A stretch of 64,000 nucleotides of DNA from Methanotrichaceae archaeon (GCA_963754945.1 CAVWIG010000017.1:192001-256000); one strand, 5' to 3'; counted from the first letter of the stretch, positions 22,295 through 32,183 are shown. The notes: generated by a model from the sequence alone, not told the origin. A program made the numbers and translations.

Positions 22295-24210
22295 TGGACC
22301 ACCTTCTTCCCTGACTTTCTGGTTACCGCGCTGAACTTCTCAGGGCATACGGAGATGCAGACGCCACACCTTATGCATTTGTCCTGGTCGATGACGTGCG
22401 CCGTCTTGAACTGGCTGGAGATGGCCTCAGCCGGACAGCTTTCCGCGCATATTCCGCAGGATCTGCATTTTCCTGGGTCAATGTGGAAAGAGGTCAGATC
22501 TTTGCAGACGAGTGAAGGACAATTTCCCCTGAGAATGTGCTCCTCGAACTCACTCCTAAAGAACTTCAATGTCGTGATAACGGGGTTGGGGGCACCCGCG
22601 CCAAGGCCGCAGAGCGAGCCGCTCCTCACAGCGTTGGCCAGTCGCTCCAGCTTTGATAGATCGGATAGATCGGCTTCGCCTCTCGTTATCTTCTCGAGGA
22701 TTCCCAGCATCTGCCTTGTGCCTATTCTACAGGGCGTGCATTTTCCACATGACTCTCTGTGGGTGAAGGTCAGGAAGAATCGGGCAAGGTCAACGATACA
22801 GGTGCCCTCGTCTATTATTATCATGCTTCCTGAACCCATGATCGATCCTTCTTTAGCGAGAGACTCGTAGTCCACGGGTGTATCCAGGTGGGCAGCAGGT
22901 ATGCACCCGCCAGAAGGGCCGCCTGTCAGTACACCTTTGCAGGCACGGTCTCCAGGTATGCCTCCGCCGATATCGAAGATGATCTCGCGAAGAGTCATGC
23001 CCATGGGAACCTCGATGAGTCCCGCCCTTCTGACCGCTCCGGCAAGAGACAGTGTCTTGGTGCCCTTGCTCCTTCCTATGCCGATTGAGTTGTACCAGTC
23101 TCCTCCACGATTTATTATGGCCGACAGGTTGGCAAAGGTCTCAACGTTGTTTATGTTCGTCGGTTTGGACCAGAGCCCTGCGTTGGCCGGGAAAGGCGGC
23201 CTGGTCTTGGGCATTCCCCTATGTCCTTCGATAGAGGCCATGAGCGCGGTCTCTTCACCGCAAACAAAAGCTCCAGCTCCCTCTTTTATGGTGATGTCGA
23301 AATCCATTCCCGATCCCAGGATGTCATCTCCTAGGAGACCGTAATCCCTGGCCTGGCGGAGCGCTATCTTCAGCCTCTGGAGGGCCAGAGGATACTCAGC
23401 CCTACAGTAAATTATGCCAGCGGTAGAGCCTATGGCGTAAGCTGCAATCAACATCCCTTCCAGGACAGAATGGGGGTCGCCCTCCAGGACGGAGCGATCC
23501 ATAAATGCCCCCGGATCTCCCTCATCTGCGTTGCATATCAGGTACTTCTCTAGGCCAGGAGCCTTGCGGCAGAACTCCCACTTCATCCCAGTGGGGAATC
23601 CTGCTCCGCCGCGACCTCTGAGTCCCGATCTCTTGACCTCTTCTATGACAGCCTCAGGCTTGGTGCTCAGAGCCTTTGCAAGGGCGCTATAACCGCCCCT
23701 GGCCAGGTAATGGTCTATCCTCTCAGGATCGATGATGCCGCAGTTCCGAAGGGCAATCCTAATCTGGGGTTTGAGCATCGGATGGTCCCAGATCGAAGGG
23801 ATGGAGATGTCAGTAGGTGCACCTTGGTCCTTAACATCCAACAAATCCACGACACCCAAAGCCCGTTCTTTCCATAGGTCATCTCCCAAGATGACCCTGT
23901 CCACTAAGGATGGGACAACCTCAGGTGTCACATAGCCGTAACAGACCATCGGCTGGCCTGGTTTTTTTACATAAACCAAAGGCTCAGCGTAGCACAGCCC
24001 CAGGCATCCCACCTTCATGTACCTGGCCCGAAAATCCCTTCCTGATAGCCCCGCCTTTATGGCGTCTTGGGTCTGGCAGGCCTGAGCGGATATGCCGCAG
24101 GTGGACATGCCTGTGCACACAAGGGTATCCTCGGAGAATAGATCGTCCCAGGCCTTCTTGGCCTCTCTGCGGATCTTTTCCAGATCTTCAGAATCCGAAG
24201 CAAGCTTCAT
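22285..24210 (-). CDS. NuoF/HydB-type flavoprotein (bifurcating-type signature)
   Basis: N-terminal thioredoxin-like [2Fe-2S], GRGGAGFPTG, NADEGDPGAFMDR, GAGAFVCGEET, SCGKCTPCR and C-terminal 2x[4Fe-4S]. Confidence 0.93.
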   Translation of the reverse strand: MKLASDSEDLEKIRREAKKAWDDLFSEDTLVCTGMSTCGISAQACQTQDAIKAGLSGRDFRARYMKVGCLGLCYAEPLVYVKKPGQPMVCYGYVTPEVVPSLVDRVILGDDLWKERALGVVDLLDVKDQGAPTDISIPSIWDHPMLKPQIRIALRNCGIIDPERIDHYLARGGYSALAKALSTKPEAVIEEVKRSGLRGRGGAGFPTGMKWEFCRKAPGLEKYLICNADEGDPGAFMDRSVLEGDPHSVLEGMLIAAYAIGSTAGIIYCRAEYPLALQRLKIALRQARDYGLLGDDILGSGMDFDITIKEGAGAFVCGEETALMASIEGHRGMPKTRPPFPANAGLWSKPTNINNVETFANLSAIINRGGDWYNSIGIGRSKGTKTLSLAGAVRRAGLIEVPMGMTLREIIFDIGGGIPGDRACKGVLTGGPSGGCIPAAHLDTPVDYESLAKEGSIMGSGSMIIIDEGTCIVDLARFFLTFTHRESCGKCTPCRIGTRQMLGILEKITRGEADLSDLSKLERLANAVRSGSLCGLGAGAPNPVITTLKFFRSEFEEHILRGNCPSLVCKDLTSFHIDPGKCRSCGICAESCPAEAISSQFKTAHVIDQDKCIRCGVCISVCPEKFSAVTRKSGKKVVQCI

Positions 24211-24229
24211 AAAACCTAATCAAGATCGC

Positions 24230-24679
24230 TTAATCCAAATCGTCAATAATTGCCTCGGCCTGGAGCGGGGTTAGGTTTCCGTAAACCACGCCGTCTACAG
24301 CCATAACAGGAGACCGGGAGCAGCAGCCTAGACAGGCGACCGTCTCCAGGCTGAACCTTTCATCCTGAGTGGTGTGACCCGGCTGAACGCCCAGGCTTCT
24401 AGAGAGGCGTTCCAGCAGGTCTTTTCCCCCCTTGAGATAGCACGATGTTCCCAGGCAAACCTTTACCTGATGCTCTCCGGGCTCAAAGAGCCTGAACTCA
24501 GAATAAAAGGTGGCCACCCCATAGACCTCGCTCTCTGAGATCCCTAAAACCTCACTTATTACTTCCACAGCATCCTGGGAGATATAGCCTAGCGTAGATT
24601 GAACTCCCTGCAACAGGGGTATCAAAGCTCCTTCCTTCCCCGGAAGCTCTTCGAGCAGTGCTCTTATTTTAGCCTCCAT
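24230..24679 (-). CDS. NuoE/HydC-type [2Fe-2S] subunit
   Basis: LIPLLQ..Q...GY, VATFYS.F, CLGTSC and CLGCC motifs. ATG 24679. Confidence 0.92.
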   Translation of the reverse strand: MEAKIRALLEELPGKEGALIPLLQGVQSTLGYISQDAVEVISEVLGISESEVYGVATFYSEFRLFEPGEHQVKVCLGTSCYLKGGKDLLERLSRSLGVQPGHTTQDERFSLETVACLGCCSRSPVMAVDGVVYGNLTPLQAEAIIDDLD

Positions 24680-24899
24680 CGCATCTCCAAGGTATGAATC
24701 CAAATAGTGCAGGTAAGCCTAGCCTACTTCGAGGTACTTTAAATTATCGATCGTTACGATAAGGAATCGTCATCATCTGCGATCAGATCTAAGTTGTGGT
24801 CGTCCGCGAACGTTAGTAGGCAGGATAGTTCTTTTTATAGTCCTGGATATTGGATGCGGGAAAGGTTAATAGCATGGGAAATAGATGTTGTAGACGTTT

Positions 24900-24990
24900 G
24901 GGCTCGTGGGGTAGAGGACATCCTAGCGGGCTTCGGAGACCAGATCGGAGAAACCCGCTGACCTGGGTTCGATTCCCAGCGAGTCCGCCA
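24900..24990 (+). tRNA. tRNA-Arg(TCG) with a 16-nt intron (24937-24952) and encoded CCA
   Basis: Acceptor GGGCTCG/CGAGTCC, anticodon stem GCGGG/CCCGC, T-loop TTCGATT. BHB-like motif: CTTC/GGAG helix with GGA and AAA bulges; splicing gives loop CT-TCG-GA. Confidence 0.92.
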
Positions 24991-25090
24991 TTCTAACCAA
25001 TCTTCAATCCTAGCCAATGCAATGGAAATCCTTTAGGCAAAGGGAAACTCATTTCTTTTCGTAAAGACATTTGTCCCAATAGGTGAGGGC

Positions 25091-26032
25091 TTGGTTGATC
25101 TTTTCGGGACAAAGAAGTACACAGATCGAATCAGTGAGCTTGAGTTGCTCGTCTCAAAGTTGACGGAGGAGAAGCTTGAGCAGGCCTCCCAGCTCGAAAA
25201 GCGGGAGGAGAAGATTCGAAAGATGACTAGCGCCTATCAGGAGGCCAACTTGGCCCTGAAGGCAGCAGAGGTGAAATCTTCCTCTTCTTCGGCTATGCCC
25301 CAGAAGGCTGATGTCGAGATGAAAATTGGCCAGACGGTCCATGGACTTAGGCTCGGGCCAACGGAGGTGGATAAGCTACTGGAAAGGCTTGATGCCATCA
25401 GATCTCCAGAGGACGATCTTCTCACAGCTTACCTTGAGAGTCCGGTCGATCTACCTCCTGAAGCGGAGAAGCTTGCAGTATCGATCAAATCCGACCGGGG
25501 AATGGCTGTTCTTCACTGCCCTTTTATCTTCACCCTGGTCCTGGTGCCGCCGTTGCCTGTGACGCAAAGTCCTCTCACTTTCGGCAGCGCGTTCCAGCTC
25601 GATCAGCTCCGGGATTTTATGGAGACTCCGGTCCTTGTCGTATCAGCCCATGCAGGAGACACCTTCATAGGTTTGGCCCTGACCAAAAGCGATTTTGAGA
25701 TTCAGGAGCGGGTGGAAAGCCCGGTTAAAGAGAAGCACTCCAAGGGCGGCTGGAGCCAGAAGAGATTCGAGAGGCTTCGCGAGGAGGATATCCGCAACCA
25801 TGCCGATGCCGTGGTCCAGAAGCTCGGGGAGATGAGTGTAAGATTCAGATCCATAGCTAAGTACGCGGTGATTGGCGGAGATCATGACCTCCTGAGGATG
25901 ATATCGCCATCGCTGGATTTACCTGTCGTCGAAAGGAAGCTTGAAAGGCACGACGAAAGGAGGTCCGACAAGCTGTTGGAGGAGGTTTACAGCTTCTATT
26001 GCTATCGTAGGCTACCGGATTTGAAAGAGTGA
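25091..26032 (+). CDS. Vms1/ANKZF1-like release factor family protein (archaeal VLRF1)
   Basis: N-terminal coiled coil and KHSKGGWSQKRFER catalytic-loop motif of the VLRF1 clade. Confidence 0.82.
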   Translation: MVDLFGTKKYTDRISELELLVSKLTEEKLEQASQLEKREEKIRKMTSAYQEANLALKAAEVKSSSSSAMPQKADVEMKIGQTVHGLRLGPTEVDKLLERLDAIRSPEDDLLTAYLESPVDLPPEAEKLAVSIKSDRGMAVLHCPFIFTLVLVPPLPVTQSPLTFGSAFQLDQLRDFMETPVLVVSAHAGDTFIGLALTKSDFEIQERVESPVKEKHSKGGWSQKRFERLREEDIRNHADAVVQKLGEMSVRFRSIAKYAVIGGDHDLLRMISPSLDLPVVERKLERHDERRSDKLLEEVYSFYCYRRLPDLKE

Positions 26033-26038
26033 AAGACA

Positions 26039-26938
26039 ATGGTTGAAGCCGAAAAAGGAAAAAAAGTCGAAAAAAAGACTTCAGAGGGTTGTGAGACCCC
26101 AAAGGTTAACCTTGCCGAGCAAGCCCTTTCTTTCGACTGGCATGTGAGAAGGAGGGTGGCCTGGAATCCGGGCACCGGGGAGGAGGTTCTGCGGCGGCTG
26201 GCAAAAGATGATGTACAGTGGGTCCGGGAGGCAGTAGCTGGCAATGAAAGAACCCCGGAGGATGTCCTAGTTCGACTGGCAGGCGACAGTGATGGATTCG
26301 TCAGGGCCGCAGTGGCTCTGAACGGAAGAACACCCGCAGTCTTGGATGATCTGGCCGTGGATGAGGCGGTGGACTACGACTACACCCTCAACAAAAATCG
26401 CTATCTCATAAAAGAAGCAGTAGCCAGGAACCCGAACGTCACCCAGGAAGCTCTTCGAGTCCTCTCATCCGATGGCGACGAGCATGTCCGGGCATCGGCC
26501 GCGTCTAACCCTGGGATTACGCCAGAACTGCTTGCCAAGCTGTCCAAGGACGTGAGCTGGCTGGTCAGAGACGGGATTGCCAAAAACGAGGTAACTCCTG
26601 AGGCCATGCTTGCTTACCTCTCCGCTGACAGGATTATGGATGTGAGGATCTCTGTAGCTCTGAACGCCAAGACGCCTCAGACGGCATTGGACGCCCTAGC
26701 CTTGGACAAAAGCTGGGAAGTTAGGGAAGCAGTCGGCCGTAACCCCAACCTGGACAAGAAAGCCCTTGCAGAGCTCTCTAGCCATTGGTCGTGGAAGGTT
26801 AGGGAAGCGGTTGCTCTAAACTCCAGCACGCCTGAAGAAATCGTGGAGCATCTGGCCATAGATCCGGATCAAAGCGTCAACAAGTCTGCACGAGAGCGCC
26901 TGGCTAAACTGGCTAAAACCATACAGCAAAAGCTCTAA
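26039..26938 (+). CDS. HEAT/leucine-rich-repeat-variant (LRV) repeat protein
   Basis: About ten 24-aa repeats of VRxAVAxNxxTPxxxLxxLAxD. Confidence 0.85.
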   Translation: MVEAEKGKKVEKKTSEGCETPKVNLAEQALSFDWHVRRRVAWNPGTGEEVLRRLAKDDVQWVREAVAGNERTPEDVLVRLAGDSDGFVRAAVALNGRTPAVLDDLAVDEAVDYDYTLNKNRYLIKEAVARNPNVTQEALRVLSSDGDEHVRASAASNPGITPELLAKLSKDVSWLVRDGIAKNEVTPEAMLAYLSADRIMDVRISVALNAKTPQTALDALALDKSWEVREAVGRNPNLDKKALAELSSHWSWKVREAVALNSSTPEEIVEHLAIDPDQSVNKSARERLAKLAKTIQQKL

Positions 26939-27527
26939 TCTCTGAAACTTGCCATCCGCCTTCTCCAAATGTGCCGCCCTGGCTCCGCTTGAATATCTCT
27001 TTGGTATGGGGCTCTATGAGGGTCAACTCCGCCTTCGGGCTCAAGTCAGGGGCTTCTTTGGGCCTCCAGGGTGGCCTCAGCCTTCTGGGCCGCTCAGCAG
27101 TGGGCTTGACCGGTAGGGTTTGACATGGATCGGGAACAGAAACGCCCTGAATCTCTGACAGATCATCGTTGAGCATCTCTCTGTCCAGGTAGGACACACC
27201 CGTCGATGTCTTGATATCCATCCCAAGAAGGTCCTCGGCGGTCACTATGCCCACCAGGTCGTTTGGAACTGGCGACATGAGCCTCACAATTCCACACGCA
27301 CACCTGGGGTGGTAATCCTTGAACCTGTACCACAGCCTTCTGGCCTGGTCATGGCTGCTCTCGGCCGCAGAGCTGGGCTTAGAGTCAAAAGAGGCAAGAA
27401 TGGACTTAACGGTATCCAGCGTGATAGCCACATAATTGCAGTCGTCGGGGTAGACGGAACCCCGGGCATCAGTGGCAGTAAACACTGCATCCATCAGAGT
27501 CTGGTAAGAGAACGTATCCTCAGGCAT
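26913..27527 (-). CDS. Hypothetical protein
   Basis: 204-aa ORF with ATG after an AT-rich promoter-like region; convergent overlap with the LRV gene. Confidence 0.65.
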   Translation of the reverse strand: MPEDTFSYQTLMDAVFTATDARGSVYPDDCNYVAITLDTVKSILASFDSKPSSAAESSHDQARRLWYRFKDYHPRCACGIVRLMSPVPNDLVGIVTAEDLLGMDIKTSTGVSYLDREMLNDDLSEIQGVSVPDPCQTLPVKPTAERPRRLRPPWRPKEAPDLSPKAELTLIEPHTKEIFKRSQGGTFGEGGWQVSEIRAFAVWF

Positions 27528-27915
27528 GCCATATACTAATATTCTTATAGGATAAAAATGTTTTGAATGTTGTGCTAATAGAACTTGAATATGGGCTATA
27601 TGTCGCCTACAGGTTGAGGGGATCTATTTGACACACGAACTAAATCAGTTTGTTGTTCCTGATCAGATTATACAACTAAAAAAAAACGGCCTAACTGCTC
27701 TTCTGCAAACTATCTATCCACAAACTTTAGGCATAGATCTGCCAGATCGCCTGTCATCTTTCGATTATGGCAATGAATAGCGATTATGACGATATAGAAT
27801 TTATGCTACGAAAGCTGGGGAGTTCGAGGCTAAATTGCTATTTGTAGTATACGCTAGGGTTACATAGCTAAAGAAAAAGACGATAGCTTACTACAAGTTA
27901 TGCATACCTGGCTTG

Positions 27916-27972
27916 CATGCGAGGGCCTCGTCGTACTTGCCATGATGGTAGAGCGACTCCTTATTGAACCAA
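27916..27972 (-). pseudogene. Single TPR-repeat remnant
   Basis: Reads WFNKESLYHHGKYDEALAC, close to the TPR consensus W.NKG.AL...GKYDEA..C. Confidence 0.4.
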
Positions 27973-28135
27973 TTTTCTGCGGTGAGCCCGTCTCAGCATA
28001 CCATCATATTGAGCGTTGCAAATTGACTCTCGCAGTAGTATCTCCTGGCTGTATTTCAAACCCACTATTACCAACATATTTACTCGAATTATCTTCATAT
28101 TGTGCACTAACCGTGTGATAACCGAGGGATAGATC

Positions 28136-29124
28136 TGCTGTGTCGATTAAGCTTAAATAGTTTAAATATAAATATTATATCATGAACTATGTTGATAATA
28201 GAGACTGGCCAGAATATAATGCCCAACTTGTTCGAAGAGGCGAATTCTATCTCGATTTGAGTTGTGTGAAGAACTGGAGTTGGGAATTAAGAGAAATGAA
28301 TAGAAAGAAAACAGGCGCTCCATACAAATACCCTAACACTTTTATAACTTTTGCATCAATAATATACTCTTTTTTTCGAATGCCATATCGTCAACTTGAA
28401 GGATTCTTTGGACGACTTTCGACCTATGAACCAGGATTGGTGGCGGCAGATTATACCACCCTCCATAAGCGAATCTCTAAGCAAGATCTTGGAATAGAGA
28501 TACCAGAGAACGACGCTGTTGTTGCAGTTGATTCAACTGGGATAAAGGTAACAAATAGAGGGGATTGGATGCGCGAGAAACACGGAAAGCAGCGGCGAGG
28601 ATGGCTTAAAGTTCATGTGGCAGTCGACGTTGAATCAAAGAGATTATTGTCTATGGAAATTACAGAAGAAGACACCTCGGATAGCGAGGTTTTGCGCCCT
28701 TTGTTGAAAGACGTCAATATTGAGGAGGGGTTGATGGATGGCGCATATGACACAAACGACGCATTTGAATTTATGAAATCGAAAGGTGTAGATTGTCCAG
28801 GGATTAAGATCAGAGAGAACGCGATAGTAGGTAAAGATGCATCAGCCAGGTCAACAGCTGTTCTGGAATTCAAAAAAATGGGCTACAAGGGTTGGAAGCA
28901 AATGCATCAGTACGGTAGAAGGTGGGCAGTTGAAGGCTTCTTCTCATCGATCAAGCGTATCTTTGGTGAGACGGTTCGGGCATCTTCACCCGAAGGAATG
29001 GTCGCCGAGATTAAAAGAGCATTCATTTTGTATAATATACTTAGGAGCATATAAGTAATTAGTTAAAATAAATTATGAATTCTTGAATAACGAAATAATA
29101 CTATAATAATCATGCGACACAGCA
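28136..29124 (+). mobile_element. IS5-family insertion sequence, 989 bp
   Basis: TIR TGCTGTGTCG / CGACACAGCA and perfect 8-bp TSD GATAGATC at 28128-35 and 29125-32. Confidence 0.93.
28182..29054 (+). CDS. IS5-family DDE transposase
   Basis: DWPEYNAQLVRRG, AVDSTGIK, WLKVHVAVD, DGAYD and Y..RWAVEGFFSSIKR. Confidence 0.93.
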   Translation: MNYVDNRDWPEYNAQLVRRGEFYLDLSCVKNWSWELREMNRKKTGAPYKYPNTFITFASIIYSFFRMPYRQLEGFFGRLSTYEPGLVAADYTTLHKRISKQDLGIEIPENDAVVAVDSTGIKVTNRGDWMREKHGKQRRGWLKVHVAVDVESKRLLSMEITEEDTSDSEVLRPLLKDVNIEEGLMDGAYDTNDAFEFMKSKGVDCPGIKIRENAIVGKDASARSTAVLEFKKMGYKGWKQMHQYGRRWAVEGFFSSIKRIFGETVRASSPEGMVAEIKRAFILYNILRSI

Positions 29125-29737
29125 GATAGATCTGGAATATACAGGTAACCACCCATGCCTGTCACTCCCTTATACTGGCCATCAACCCGCACACTTGCAT
29201 TATCGACTCCCACACCGTCCTTGAGCACAGTTACATCTACAGAAGATGTTATAATCGCCGTTCCCACAACAATGAGTAAGGCAAAAAGAATTGCAACCAG
29301 TAAGCAAGTCAGAGTCTTTTCTTTCATAGATTTCATTAAGAATCTTCAAGGACAAATGTTTTGCTGCGGATATAGTCTTTGCCAAGGCCAAAGAGTCGGG
29401 CTGGGGTCTCATCTCCCCCGCACGTGAACATCAGTGAACGCTCACCATATTTAAACCACAGTAGGGGCCGAGTATCTGGATCAGTATCAAGACAAATCCC
29501 ACTACTAGGCCCTTCGAAACGGTCCACATTTCCTCCTTTGCTACATCCTGTTCCCACATCGCGGAAAGGTTTCAACCCTTTCAAGTATATCTATTGTTTA
29601 TTTTATAAATATATTTCTTGTTGTGAAAATAATAGTACAACAACTAAAACATACGGAACTTCGAGAGCGCGTACACCAGTAAAAAATCGAAAAAATGATG
29701 GCCTCATGAAACCACCATCCCCGATCCGAGGCTAGTA

Positions 29738-30148
29738 TTATGCCGTTATCCGGTGAAGCTTATCAATGGCCACCGATGCATTTTTTCCGTCAGTAAGATA
29801 TATCAGCTCCATCTCATCGTTGGAAATGATCGTCCCCAGGGAATAACCCTTATTAAACTCGGTGATGTAGAGCGTTTTATTATCCAAACCAATGGCTCCG
29901 GCAAAACCTTCACCGATCTCTGTCTCATTCTTAAGATTGATTGTCAAATTCCCAGCGAAAATTCGATCCATCTGCTCCAAGAACGTAAAATTGATGATTC
30001 CACTCGCAGTCGAGTTGGAGTACCCTTTTCCTTCATCATACCCACTCCACGAACCAGTCCATTTACCTAGCAGGTCTGGAACTTTCGCAGCACAGATCCC
30101 AGTGGACAAGACCAGGACCAACAATGCTAAACACAGAATCTTTTTCAT
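29738..30148 (-). CDS. Secreted hypothetical protein (beta-barrel-like)
   Basis: Signal peptide MKKILCLALLVLVL, then VPDLLGKWTGSW. Confidence 0.75.
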   Translation of the reverse strand: MKKILCLALLVLVLSTGICAAKVPDLLGKWTGSWSGYDEGKGYSNSTASGIINFTFLEQMDRIFAGNLTINLKNETEIGEGFAGAIGLDNKTLYITEFNKGYSLGTIISNDEMELIYLTDGKNASVAIDKLHRITA

Positions 30149-30360
30149 ACATATCCTTCAGTGAGTTTCGATTATTAATTTTCCTGAAGATAGACATCTT
30201 ATCTATGGAGCTGGGGAGAAAGCCTTTGTTTACCGATCCCATAATCCTCTCAGCTTCCGTTCTACACATGCACATCACAATAGTGGCCGTGTTGTGGTTA
30301 GCCTTTGGCCATGTGCAAAAGTATTTCCATGAGGTTTATCGTCGCACAACAGTGGTATAT

Positions 30361-30876
30361 ATGAAAAACTGGAAGGTGCTGATGGTGGCAATATTGCTGC
30401 TGACTGCGGCGGTTTTCGTTATGCAATTGGCTTATGCAAAAGAAGAATCTATGGGCATGGCAAATGCATCACTAAGCGCCTCATCCAACAAGACAGCACT
30501 CGTCTCATTTGTCGAGTCTGCTGTGGCCTATGCCCAAGAGAACGGCAAAGATAAAGCGCTCAAGGAGTTCAGCAATAAGACCGGCACGTTTGTCCGTGGA
30601 GATCTCTACATCTATGCCTATGACTTCAATGGAACTAACATTGCACATCCATTCAAACCCGATTGGATAGGCAAGAGCAAGCTAAACATGACTGATTCCA
30701 ATGGCGTACCATTCATCAAGAACCTGATCAATGTTGCCGAGGAGGGAAAAGGATTTACTTACTTCATCTTCCCGAACCCTGCTCACGGTAACAGAGATGA
30801 GTTCAAGATCGCCTACGTTATGAAAGTGGATGACAATTGGTGGCTGGGCTCTGGAATCTACCTATCATGTTCGTGA
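30361..30876 (+). CDS. Stand-alone secreted Cache-domain protein
   Basis: Signal peptide, G.DKALKEF...G.F..GDLYIYAYDFNG..IAHP, D.NG..FIK and WWLGSGIY (single Cache). No TM or output domain follows. Confidence 0.85.
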   Translation: MKNWKVLMVAILLLTAAVFVMQLAYAKEESMGMANASLSASSNKTALVSFVESAVAYAQENGKDKALKEFSNKTGTFVRGDLYIYAYDFNGTNIAHPFKPDWIGKSKLNMTDSNGVPFIKNLINVAEEGKGFTYFIFPNPAHGNRDEFKIAYVMKVDDNWWLGSGIYLSCS

Positions 30877-30999
30877 TCGATGGCTATTTCCTTTTTGATA
30901 GGCGAGGAGATGCAGCACATCTATTTTTCATCGATAGCAGTGAATCTTCGTGGGCAGGTCTTACCAGTAAATGATCTAATCCGCCTATAAACGGTAATT

Positions 31000-31447
31000 T
31001 TATTTTAAAACGCAATACCCCGCAGCTTGCTGCGGCTGGGATAAAGAGCATGTAACTCCAACTTAAGGATGCTTCAGATTTTGTAGAGCATTTTTATGCG
31101 TCGGCGGGAACATGCCCCGCTGCTTGCAGCGGGGTCCGCCGACGCAACGTTGACTCAGCGAAAAGTTGGCTTGCTGGATCAATATAAAATAAATATATTT
31201 TGAATATATCCGGATTCAAACAATTTTATATAGCGCACTAATAGTATTGTTCGATGATTTTAGCATACGAAATCAATATACGGAAAATCGCTATACGCCA
31301 ACAAGCGCCTATTTCTCATGAAAGTGTGCCAACAGATATCAATTTCATTTTTCGTGCATGAGCCTCTGTCCTGATCTTTAGGCTTATGTGGGTTTTATAT
31401 GCCATTTATCCAGCCGCAGCAAGCTACGGGTATACGTTTAAAATAAT
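31000..31447. repeat. Non-coding element with about 45-bp inverted termini and GC hairpins (IS200/IS605-end-like, non-autonomous)
   Basis: TTATTTTAAAACGCAATACCCCGCAGCTTGCTGCGGCTGGGATAAA (31000-45) recurs inverted at 31405-47. Nested hairpin TGCGTCGGCGG...CCCCGCTGC-TT-GCAGCGGGG...CCGCCGACGCA at 31097-31146. Confidence 0.7.
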
Positions 31448-31544
31448 ATTCTGAGAGGACGCCATTACTTTGATGATACAATAAAGCGAAATAAACGAGA
31501 GTTGCATCCTAAGAGGATCGTTGTCCTGCCCCTTTCTTGCACTC

Positions 31545-32183
31545 TCAATGTTGCATATCGAGCAATACCTGGTAGCTTCCGATTAGCTGGCCTTTGGCTA
31601 TTGTCAGCTTTCCGTGGCCTTTTAGTTCACCTTCGTCGCTGGTGGTATTTACTATTATTCGACCCACGGTCTCTGTAGAATTGCTATCAGCAGGTTTTTC
31701 CAGAGGCTCATTAAGATCAGCGCTTAGTGTTATGTTGCTTCGAGCGAGCGTCACTTCAACATTGGTCAGCAAGTAGGTGCTCTCGCCAAGTCTGAGATGA
31801 CCCCTATATGTTACATTACCTTCCTCTGCTAAAATCTCCTTTCCCACCTCATCAAGGGTTTTATTAGATGCTAGGAGTTTTCTAACATTCACAGGCCCGA
31901 CAGGCCTAACGCTTTCAATGCTGATCCTTAAGATGTACGATTGGTCGCCCATCAAGGCAAATCCTTGCCAGTGGTGGAAGATTATTCCTACGGGTGCACC
32001 GTCCATATTCCCAAAAGGTTGGACATGAGGAGCATTATTTTGTCCAAGCTCATTGCGAGTCATGTTGCCAATTTCTCCCATATCCGCTGGCTGAGCAAAG
32101 CAGACGGGGGTCAAACTCACCAGTCCTAATGCCGTTAATACGAGGAACAGAAATCTTACCTTTAGCCTCATTTTCAAACCCAT
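31545..32183 (-). CDS. Secreted hypothetical protein, paralog of 32355-33215
   Basis: Signal peptide; GFALMGDQ..ILRISIE, KLL..NKTL, Y.G.L.LG.S.Y.L.N and G.G.LT...G...G.Y.VL shared with the neighbour. Confidence 0.8.
   Translation of the reverse strand: MGLKMRLKVRFLFLVLTALGLVSLTPVCFAQPADMGEIGNMTRNELGQNNAPHVQPFGNMDGAPVGIIFHHWQGFALMGDQSYILRISIESVRPVGPVNVRKLLASNKTLDEVGKEILAEEGNVTYRGHLRLGESTYLLTNVEVTLARSNITLSADLNEPLEKPADSNSTETVGRIIVNTTSDEGELKGHGKLTIAKGQLIGSYQVLLDMQH

Larger units (their letters stand above)
28004..29336 (-). pseudogene. Small secreted protein (PEGA/carboxypeptidase-regulatory-like) interrupted by IS5
   Basis: Removing the IS and one TSD joins ...ASVRVDGQYKGVTGMGGYLYIPD to LSLGYHTVSAQYED...ARVNLQRSI* (stop 28004-06) in frame. 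Confidence 0.8.

Noticed and set aside
29336-29584. ComEC/MBL-like remnant (LWFKYGERSLMFT)
   Set aside because: Similarity too short to support without a search.
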